64,000 nucleotides of DNA. Source: Giardia intestinalis (taxonomy: Eukaryota). The translations under genes were made by a program, and so were the position numbers. Shown here in pieces: positions 9,897 through 18,292 of this stretch. Every line of letters starts with the position of its first letter. Within the stretch, counting starts at the first letter, position 1. Below the pieces are notes generated by a model. That model was not told the origin of the DNA, did no database searches, and worked only from the letters and a program-made list of their open reading frames with translations. The DNA lies in the NCBI GenBank assembly GCA_000002435.2, contig CM018789.1, one strand, 5' to 3'.

Positions 9897-10816
9897 AAGA
9901 CTCCGTCGTAAGCCACAAATGCGCTACTATTGTCTTTAAAGTCTAACACTATGCATGCTAAATCACTAGGTTGCAGCTCATCAACAAGGTCTACTAGCCT
10001 TTTATGGTAGTCTTTGGAGTCGTGCTGCTCTTCGTCGTTTCTAGCTAAGCGTAGCATGCTTGTGAAGAGGGGAGGAAGATTACCATAGTACTCAGTGAAC
10101 GCATCTAAGCAAGCCAGTTTGATTTCCCTTATTAGCGAGGGCTTCTTACACTTACGCCATGCCAGGCGGTCAGTCAAGATATCTAACCAGAGATAGCACA
10201 GGGCCTCGTAGTCATCACTGTACTGGGCTTTCCCACCAACTACGACATTAGAAGACGCGTACCTTGGAGTGACACGCGTGTCAGGATGCACTGTATCGCA
10301 TGTAATAAAGATGGCAGAGGATAGATCAATTGCCTTGGCTACGTCGTCTTTAACCAGAAAGTTGCGGGGACTGATGTCGCGGATAGAATAGCCAAGGGCA
10401 TGAGCAGTCGCAAGAGCATCGATAGTGCTGCGCAGCTTAGAAAGGATTGTAACTGCCACTTTGTCAGTGAGTCCAGAGACTAACATTGGCCGGAGCCGTT
10501 CTCCCCAGCGATCAAGAGTCTCGTCCATTAACTCCGTGGCCAGAAAATGGACATTCTCTGTCGTGCCGCACCCCAGAGGGCGCACAAAACAGGCAGGATT
10601 CGCTGCATGCATAGCCGCTAGAAGATCAAATTCCTTCGCAAAAGGATTCCCTGTGCATTCATGATCTCTTTGTGTTTTACTTGCTATCTTCAATGCCACA
10701 AAGGACGGGCTACACTCAGCTTCCGAGCAAGTAGACTGGGCTTTATATACTGTACCTGTGTTCCCGTAGCCCAAGAACTCAGAGACCTCGTAAGACCCCA
10801 CGGTCTGTCCGATCAT
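9893..10816 (-). CDS. CK1-superfamily protein kinase-like protein with atypical catalytic motifs
   Basis: Kinase motifs present: G-loop LGYGNTGTVYKA, FVALKIA (VAIK Lys) and the catalytic loop GYSIRDISPRNFLV (compare CK1 HRDIKPDNFL). AIDLSS replaces DFG. TPRYASSNVVVGGKAQYSDDYEALCYLWLDILTDRLAW matches [29 protein letters not shown]...LPW. Confidence 0.7.
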   Translation of the reverse strand: MIGQTVGSYEVSEFLGYGNTGTVYKAQSTCSEAECSPSFVALKIASKTQRDHECTGNPFAKEFDLLAAMHAANPACFVRPLGCGTTENVHFLATELMDETLDRWGERLRPMLVSGLTDKVAVTILSKLRSTIDALATAHALGYSIRDISPRNFLVKDDVAKAIDLSSAIFITCDTVHPDTRVTPRYASSNVVVGGKAQYSDDYEALCYLWLDILTDRLAWRKCKKPSLIREIKLACLDAFTEYYGNLPPLFTSMLRLARNDEEQHDSKDYHKRLVDLVDELQPSDLACIVLDFKDNSSAFVAYDGVF

Positions 10817-10832
10817 TATTTTGATTTACATC

Positions 10833-13320
10833 GCCGGTCCGAGCAATCCGTACCCCGTACAAGTCCTCCCCGCGGAAGGCGGACCCCGCCCGTTCGCCGC
10901 CCCAAGCCCAGAGTCCGGGGTTCGGGTCAGAACGTCGGTTGAGTCCGGGGGAGAAGAGCCCGACCGTGCACGCCAGCTCTGGCATCAACCGGAACGCCCT
11001 TCATACCTGCCGAGGAGCTAAGGCGCAATCCCTACCACCCAGTAGCACGACCGAGGCCACGGGGTTGAGCGGACGACAGCACCAGAGCGCCCGGCTGCTC
11101 GAGGCCCGGCGGACCAGAGGGCCTCCGTGAGGAAGACAGGGACCCGGCTCGTCCAGGGCACTGCGAAGCGCCGCCCCTCGCCGGGGATGCGCTCCGACGC
11201 CAGGAGAACGAGGGCCGCGGGCACACGTGGACGCCTGATAAGACGGCGGAAAAGCCGCGCCTCTCGTGCGAGCACGTGAAGCACTCATGAGCGCGCTTCC
11301 GGTGCTCCAGGTCCGGCCCGGGCCTCAGGAGCCCACTGAGACGGAGCATCCTACGCTGAGCGGCACCGGGTGAACGTTGAACTAGTAGGAGCGGAAGAGC
11401 ACGTGCCTGTCCTGAGCGAAGACCCTCCGCGGCGAGGCCGTCCAGACGCATGCAGCACAGACACCGGATGCAGGGCGCTGCTGAGTGGGGCAGCGGGGAT
11501 AGAGAAGGACATCCCCCTCAGCGCCCGTCGTGTGAACGTGCTCAGGGGAGGGTACCTAACACCCCGCAGAGCTCCAGTCGAGAGCCGAGGAGACGTGCCT
11601 CCCCACACAGCGGGGAAGCGGAGGAGCGGCATTCACCGGCCCGCTGCCCGGCTTGCAGCCTCTGCCTCGCCTCGAAGGGGAGCTGCCCCCTAACAGCGCC
11701 ACCGACGACCAGCACCTTGCTATCCAGAGGGCCGGGTCAGGACGGCCTGGACCTACGCTGGCGAGTCCATCCGGGTGCAGGCCTTCAGCGAGATCCTCGG
11801 CGCGATCCATAGGATGGGATGCGTGCTCTGTACGGTTCCGCCTGGCCCTTCCCCAAGAATGAGACAGGACAACCACGATCAGGGGACGATCATGATGCGC
11901 TCCACAAGGTAGTCCCGAGTCCCCTGGAGACCCAGACACTAGCCTTCCCGAGACAGAGCAGACTGCGTTCTACTGACTGCACATGGTGGCGTTCGCATGG
12001 CACAGGGAGACACAGGCTGATGGGCACGGCGACCTCGCTCGACATAACGAGCACCCCGACAGCAGACGGCCTCTGCCGGGCGAGTGTGCCCCGTCCCGAG
12101 GAGCTGCGTCGAGGCCTTCCTCCGGCTGTGACACGCCGCACCCCTGGGCTCGGTCCCTCGGGGCCCTACGCATGCTTCTGTGCTGCGCGGGACAGAACCT
12201 GCTCGCCAGGAGCTGAGGAGAGACCCCGCTCAGTGCCCATGCCGACGACACACTCATCTTCCATAGTAGCAACAATGACGTGGCGGGGGTAGTCACAGAG
12301 GCGGCAGGCCTGGTGAAGCAACATGGCTCGACGGTCAACACTGACAAGTATAGGAACACAGAGGGGCAGGAGGCCTCCTTCCTGGCCGGTCGAAGGAGCT
12401 CCCAGGGCAACGGAGGGCCGAAGCCAGTGATGGCACTAATCACTCGCCACGCTGGTCGAGATGGACCCGCACGTGGCCTATGTGAATCCCTCGGCAAGAG
12501 ATGGGAGCCTTGGGGTGCTTGGCTGGCAGAGGCGGACTGATCCTGCCCACACCGAAGAGTGGCGGCCTGGAACACCTGTCTGGCGTCTGCCGCAGCAGTT
12601 GGTAATCCCTTGACACCATCGAGTAGACGGGTGCCGGTTGTAGAGAGACGGCCTGACAGCGAACCGGTCCTGATCGCTCCTGGTGCCTCAGACGACGCCT
12701 CGACAGACCGAAGCATCACCCCAAGTGTGCTGTGCAGATGGACCAGCCCACAGGTCAGCTAAGCCAGACACGCTGCACAGGGTGAGCGTCGATGTGATCT
12801 CGTGCTGGGTGACGGACCAGCTGCAAGAGTGCACTGTGATTCATGAATAGGAGGGCAAACCAGAAGCCAGACCTCTCCTCCAACGCCAACGCATGGGAGT
12901 ACTCCGCCGGCATCCACGAACGCGTACTATGACTCCAAGACAGAGGCGCACGAGGAGCGCACCCTCCGGTCATACTCGGGACTGATGGTGCCCTCCACGA
13001 AGAGACGAAGAGGCACCCCGAGGAACGGGGTAGACACCCGGGGTCGTGGCGTGGGATCTTCGTCGTAGAGCATCAGCACCACGAAGCAATCCTGGAGTAC
13101 ATTGCCAGAGTCAATTGCTCTTGAGACTAGATCGCCGCGACTGACGCAAGGCCCTGAGATAGTAGGTGCCCACCAGTGCCAGACGGTAGTTGACCCCGAC
13201 GGGCCAGAGGAAGGAAAGTCCTAGGGGCACCGCGAGGAGCGGCAGCTTTTAGGAGAGCTGGGACATAGGGGTTCTTCCGCCGGGATCGAGGGCATCCGAC
13301 TCTCGGACTCTGGACTCTGC
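10833..13320 (+). mobile_element. non-LTR retrotransposon copy A, 5'-truncated and frameshifted (RT + CCHC/REL-endonuclease remnants; probably the Giardia GilD family)
   Basis: GC-rich block with no plus-strand ORF longer than 157 codons. RT motifs are recoverable across frames: GDDHDALHKVV (about 11,880), DTPHPWARSLGALRMLL (about 12,130), SAHADDTLIF (HADD at 12,238-12,249), then GLVKQHGSTVNTDKY...EASFLAG. Downstream are HHRVDGC and ERRPDSEPVLI (RPD at about 12,649-12,657). Positions 10,839-13,307 repeat almost exactly at 19,582-22,050. Confidence 0.75.
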
Positions 13321-13596
13321 CTGGAAGCGAAAGACCTGCCTTCACTTGCCTCAACTGCCATTAAACTCTGATCTTACCCAGTGTACCGAAGCAAAAATAA
13401 GACTGTTCGGGCTGCCCCCGCGTGCTAATAGATCCCATCAGAAGTAGACGAGTCGTGGAGATGGGCTCGTTCCACGTGCCTGCTCCTCTGAGGATGCGCT
13501 GCCCTTGCTCCCCACCGAGTCCCTGGTGCTCCTCTCCGTCTCTCTGTGATCAGTAACATGTGGCACTGGCGCTTCGCTCTACCGGCCTTAGAGCGT

Positions 13597-15654
13597 TTAC
13601 TCTGAGAGGAGGGCAATTATCTCATGGCGCCTCCATAGCTTGGCCATGTCAAGGGCAGTTTCGTCCATATTATCTCTAATATTCTTCTCCCTCACAAGGA
13701 GCCTCGCACACTCTACGTAGCCGCTCTGTGCAGCGACTGTGAGAGCGGGCCATCCATCGTTATTTTGCATACCGCCCTCTTTCTCCACAAGTAATCTGAC
13801 ACAGCTTGCGTGGCCATTCTGCGCAGCCCACATGAGGGCCGTCCATCCATCCCTCGATTGCGCACAACTCTCCTTTTCTACGAGTAGCTCAACACAGCCA
13901 GCTTCGCCACGTTCTGCAGCAATCATAAGGGCGGTCCATTTGCTGTTATCCTGTATACCGCCTTCCTGCCTCAGAAGCAATTCGACACAGCTTCTGTGGC
14001 CTTTCCCCGCTGCAGCCATAAGGGCGGTTTCCCCATCGTTATCTTGCATGCCAACCTCGTTTTTCAAGAGCAATTTGGCACACTCTGAATGGCCAGCACT
14101 TGCTGCAGCCATGAGGGCCGTCCACCCCTTATCGCTCTTCATGCCGCTTTCCTTCTCTAGCAGGAGCTTAAGACAGTCTGCGCGGCCAGTCCTTGCAGTA
14201 TACATGAGGGCGGTCCATCCGTTGCTATCTTTCAGTCCCTTCTCTTTCTCCGCGAGCAGCTCCACAATCTCTGTGTATCCATATACCGCCGCCCTTATCA
14301 GAGCAGTTCCCTCGTATATCTTCCAGTCACCTACAAGTGCGCATCCCTTCATCTTCATGCCCCCCTGGAGCGGTATGAGGGCCTTCACAGCCTCCACGTC
14401 GTTTCTATCGACTGCCTTCATGAGGTCGGTGGAGTCGTCCTCCTCTATTAGGTGCTTCTCTGGCTCTTCTGACTCGTCTGATTCGTCTGACTCCTCCATT
14501 TCGTCTGTCTCGTCTGTTTCGCCCATCTCTGTCTTAATCTCCTGTATTTCCCTGAATAGCTTGGCGGCAATAGCACACTGCTCCCTAATGATGTCCATTC
14601 TTGCAGCTCGATCAGGAGGGTCCTTCCTAAGAGCTACTGTTTCGTTGTTGGCTCTATTCAAGGCTTCTACAAAGGCTGCGCGCACCTCCTTTAACCTTGT
14701 ATCTTGGGCCTCTTGTTCATCAGCAGAGATGCCAAGCCTCCGAAGTAGACGGGCGAGCCTTCTGGCAGTCGGCCTCTCGGCGGGATCGAGGACGAGCATC
14801 CTCTCAAGGACGCTCCTTGCGAGGTCGTCTGCGACACCGCTCAGGTCCGGCCTCCATCCGTCGACGAAGACCTCTGCTGGCTCCCTGCCCCCCAAGAAAT
14901 CCGGCTTCCTCAGGGTGGCGAGCTCGTATGCGACGGCCCCGAGGCTCCAGACGTCGGATGCGGCGGTCGTGTCACCGCAGAGGAGTGTCTCGGGGGCCAT
15001 GTACGCGGGGTCGCCAGCCTTCGCAGCTCCGCTCGATATGCCCTCGCAGAACCCGAAGTCTGCAAGAACAACACGCCGCCCGTCCCCAGCGAACATGATG
15101 TTGTCGGGCTCGAGGACAACGCTAGAGGGCAGGCCGTTGTGGGCACCTCTGCTGAGCCCGTGGAGGTGGGCAAGGGCGCCAGCCAGCTGCCCCAGAAGGG
15201 AGAGCACCAGCTTGCTGGGAATAGGTTCGTGAATGTCCCTGTAGTCGGTGATGAACTGCCTCAGGTCCCCGCAGCAGCGGTCTGTGACAACAAGGATCGT
15301 ATTGTCATCCATAAGCACCTGGTGGTATTTGAGAACGTCTGGGTGAAGGGTGCCTAGAAGAACGGTCAGCCTACGCCGAATGGCATCTACGCTGTGTTGA
15401 TCCAGACCATCAAGCCGGATTTCTTTCACAGCAAGGTACGGGCATCCCCTGAGAGAGTAGACGGCACCGTGGGCATCCTTACTGAGCATGTTACCTAGGC
15501 GTCTATGCAACTTTTTGGGGCTGAACACGGGAACGCCACCAGCGCCCATCGGCCCTGAAAAGCCGCTAACTAAATTGTTACTGGCATCTCCTAGGGCGCC
15601 CTCTGCGGTGGCTAAGGCAGAGGGGTAAAGCCCGCAGTCAACAGCCATTGCCAC
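13597..15654 (-). CDS. NEK-family kinase domain fused to C-terminal ankyrin repeats (likely pseudokinase)
   Basis: The N-terminal kinase fold shows YLAVKEI, ADFGF, AYMAPETL and SDVWSLGAVAYEL, but the catalytic loop reads SVVLEPDN instead of HRDLKPxN. It is followed by a coiled/acidic linker (ETDETDEMEESDESDESEEPE) and about 9 ankyrin units (GWTALMxAAxxGHxxCVxLLxEKE). Confidence 0.85.
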   Translation of the reverse strand: MAMAVDCGLYPSALATAEGALGDASNNLVSGFSGPMGAGGVPVFSPKKLHRRLGNMLSKDAHGAVYSLRGCPYLAVKEIRLDGLDQHSVDAIRRRLTVLLGTLHPDVLKYHQVLMDDNTILVVTDRCCGDLRQFITDYRDIHEPIPSKLVLSLLGQLAGALAHLHGLSRGAHNGLPSSVVLEPDNIMFAGDGRRVVLADFGFCEGISSGAAKAGDPAYMAPETLLCGDTTAASDVWSLGAVAYELATLRKPDFLGGREPAEVFVDGWRPDLSGVADDLARSVLERMLVLDPAERPTARRLARLLRRLGISADEQEAQDTRLKEVRAAFVEALNRANNETVALRKDPPDRAARMDIIREQCAIAAKLFREIQEIKTEMGETDETDEMEESDESDESEEPEKHLIEEDDSTDLMKAVDRNDVEAVKALIPLQGGMKMKGCALVGDWKIYEGTALIRAAVYGYTEIVELLAEKEKGLKDSNGWTALMYTARTGRADCLKLLLEKESGMKSDKGWTALMAAASAGHSECAKLLLKNEVGMQDNDGETALMAAAGKGHRSCVELLLRQEGGIQDNSKWTALMIAAERGEAGCVELLVEKESCAQSRDGWTALMWAAQNGHASCVRLLVEKEGGMQNNDGWPALTVAAQSGYVECARLLVREKNIRDNMDETALDMAKLWRRHEIIALLSE
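13600..14440 (-). repeat. ankyrin-repeat coding array (about 9 units, 31-residue / 93-nt period) inside the NEK gene
   Basis: Units include GWTALMYTARTGRADCLKLLLEKESGMKSDK, GWTALMAAASAGHSECAKLLLKNEVGMQDND, GETALMAAAGKGHRSCVELLLRQEGGIQDNS, KWTALMIAAERGEAGCVELLVEKESCAQSRD and GWTALMWAAQNGHASCVRLLVEKEGGMQNND. Confidence 0.8.
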
Positions 15655-15840
15655 TTTTAAATCTCCATCTTAACTTGTTTTTTAAGAAGGTATTCAGTCC
15701 ATGTTTACAGAAGCCGGCCTTTTCTATACTATACAGTAGTCATCAATTAATGAACAGAATTATGTACTCATTTGGAGGTTTCCTCCTCTAGTGTGCTTAG
15801 ATACAACAAAGATGATTCATTTCACCAACCGGTTACTTCC

Positions 15841-15940
15841 AATACTGTGTTGTTGGGACCTCCGCCTGTGGACATGGCCCAAAGGTTCCACGAATAAGCC
15901 CTCGCTCAATTCCTGGCCATATCTAGAGAAAAAGGCTACT
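15841..15940. repeat. left arm of a long inverted repeat
   Basis: I reverse-complemented 16,861-16,960 in 10-nt blocks. Positions 15,845-15,940 match perfectly (96/96) and 15,841-15,940 match 98/100. Confidence 0.95.
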
Positions 15941-16860
15941 CGATGAGCACAAGGGCCCCCTCTAGTTACACAGAGGGACGACTAGAGACTCAACACAATT
16001 GTCACATACCACCTTCAGCTGTTAAGGGAATCAACACAGAACCGGGAACCAGATATTTGACTTATAGGCACGTATAAAATGATAGCTGGACCCATCTAGT
16101 CATCAGACGAACCAGTTACGGCGAAATATTCGGAAATACAGAGATAGAACATTCGTAATTATTTATGGAGCGAGCGATTTCTTCATCCTATATCCAGAGG
16201 CACCTTGAGAAACTCCGCGTGGTAACCAAACGAACACCTAACGAGATTAATCATAGGCTTTGAGAGCTAGCCTTCAGGGTGACTGAAGGAGGGAGAACCA
16301 CTGGCTACCCGAAGTTCTGAGGTATCCCCAAGCTCATAGCTTAGACAGACGACCATGGGACAAGAGAAACAACCACATTTTCACCAACCACTGTCACCCC
16401 CAATCCAAAGAGCCACAGCGATAGAAACCAACTAGACCCTAGAGGAAGGAACAACTATCGATAGGTAACGAGGTTCTGCATAGCGAACTACGGGCCCGCA
16501 GCATCCATCTGTTTTCACGGCGTTAGGATGGACTTTCGTAGGATTAGGGATGCCTTATGGGGTAAGAGACTATCGGTGGAATCGAAGTAGCAACGACGGC
16601 TACAGACAGAGGGGATAAAACGCTGTAAAAGAGGACATTGATGACCCGAATTCTCATCCATCATAGATAACAGACCAAGGAAGGAGGTGGAATTTATTAG
16701 TTACACGTGTTTGCAGAAAATTGGGGTCCCGGGCGAATCAGGCGTGCGAGCATCACCAGACGTGCATACCTGAGCCGAATGCACACACTACATAAGATCA
16801 CCAAAAAGAGTTGTATCCAGACGTACTAGTGAGAAGGAATCTCTTGTTACATTATTTACT

Positions 16861-16960
16861 AGTAGCCTTTTTCTCTAGATATGGCCAGGAATTGAGCGAG
16901 GGCTTATTCGTGGAACCTTTGGGCCATGTCCACAGGCGGAGGTCCCAACAACACAGCACT
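16861..16960. repeat. right arm of the inverted repeat (reverse complement of 15,841-15,940)
   Basis: Same comparison as the left arm. The arms are separated by a 920-bp spacer (15,941-16,860) with no ORF of 60 aa or more in any frame. Confidence 0.95.
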
Positions 16961-18292
16961 TAGATATAATCATAGCGTTAATACCCTCTCATGATTTCCA
17001 ACCCGTTTATGCCACAAAAGGAGAGATAATTATTTTCATGTTATATATAGACTGACGATACTTTTATTATGCTTGGTCTTCATAAGCAGCCAGTGACTTT
17101 TAATAGATATTTGGTTGTGTGGCATAAAACAACATGAGAAATACTAGCTCCGTTTCCTGCTTACAGTCGTTCGATCAGTTATAGCCTCGTGAGCATTAGG
17201 ACTCTGATGACATATCTTGTAAATGTTAGCCTCGAAATATCTGTTGATTTAGAAGACGAGAGACAACCCTATGTGTACCATCTTCTTGACTCCATGGGGT
17301 ATCCTTGTATACTAATCCATATATAAACCTGCCAGATAGATGGTAGAGCAGCTATTGTGGAGAGCTTACATAGGATCCTGTCTGCAGGCATAGTTCTGGG
17401 ATTTCACGAGTGAATTCCTTCATTTTTTGCTATCTCTAGAAACAATTAAGAGCTTCCCCCGCGACCTTGTACACCAAATCCGGTGCATCTTTAAATTCTT
17501 CAGATGGCACTCGTGTCTAACCTGAGTGAGTATGCTCTAATGGCACATATAGTTTTACTCCTTGTATGAGTCTGGCCCTTTCAAGAGCGTTAGCAGGCTG
17601 CGAGCACACATCTTTCTCAGACTCGGTAGTCTAGCTTTGGTCCCCCATCGTCCTCCTTATCTTCGGAGCATTCCCTGTCCTGTAAAACTGCACTCTATCA
17701 TCAGGGAGGCAAGGAGAGACTCAGAATTTATGAGTCGCTCTGTGGCGTTTATCCATCTGTGTTACTGGATTCTGGGCCCCCAACTTGCATTAGTAGCTCA
17801 GGAGTCGCATAAGCGTACCCACTTCCTTTGTAGCTTTATGTGGAGATGAAGCTAAATGGCTGCTAACAGGTCTGTGGATTCTTTTGGCAAGTTTGCATGT
17901 CGAATCAGTATGTTGTTAGGGATTTCGACTCCATATTCCTGTCTGGCCCGAATGCATGCGATGGCCGTTTTTGCCTTTTCACCGCTTCTACCTTGCTATG
18001 GGTTCTTAGCAGTCGATGTTTCTTCTTTTTCTCAATCGTTCTGATCACCCATGCAAGGAGCCCTGCTAACAGTTAGACGTACGTTGACAGTAGGCAATCA
18101 CTGGGTGGCCAGACTTTCAGCTCAGTCACTTCTGATCGGCTTCGTCGGATGCTCAGTTCGTGATCATCATAAGGCTCGAAGTGAAAAGCTTCACATTGTG
18201 TCGTTTATAATCCTCGTCTTCAACATAACTAATATAAATGGAAGTTTGCTCATGTATTTCTGCATCTACTCGCAGGTAAAGAGTCCAAGACT

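Noticed and set aside
11970-12719. A 249-aa minus-strand ORF is the longest ORF in the retroelement. It is repeated at 20,713-21,462 and extended to 345 aa in copy C. A 72-aa ORF is conserved in all three copies.
   Set aside because: These ORFs are antisense to the RT remnants and have a low-complexity Ser/Pro/Arg/Ala composition typical of spurious ORFs in about 65% GC DNA. Their conservation simply mirrors nucleotide identity between the copies.
10833-13320. The GC-rich repeated blocks (also 18,943-22,062 and 57,582-59,050) might be fragments of the very GC-rich Giardia rDNA unit.
   Set aside because: I could not find any universally conserved SSU or LSU rRNA motif in either orientation. 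The blocks do show RT (xADD, motifs A, B, D, E) and RPD-endonuclease remnants, together with variable 5' truncation. These point to a retroelement.
13739-15232. A 497-aa plus-strand ORF lies opposite the NEK-ankyrin gene.
   Set aside because: It is the antisense shadow of the ankyrin and kinase coding sequence. Its Ser/Ala/Pro-rich periodic translation has no domain, whereas the minus-strand product has clear kinase and ankyrin motifs.
15794-15803. cttagata occurs upstream of the left inverted-repeat arm and again directly after the right arm (16,959-16,966), so it might be a target-site duplication.
   Set aside because: The left copy is about 40 bp outside the arm rather than abutting it, and the match is only about 8 bp. 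That is not convincing as a target-site duplication.
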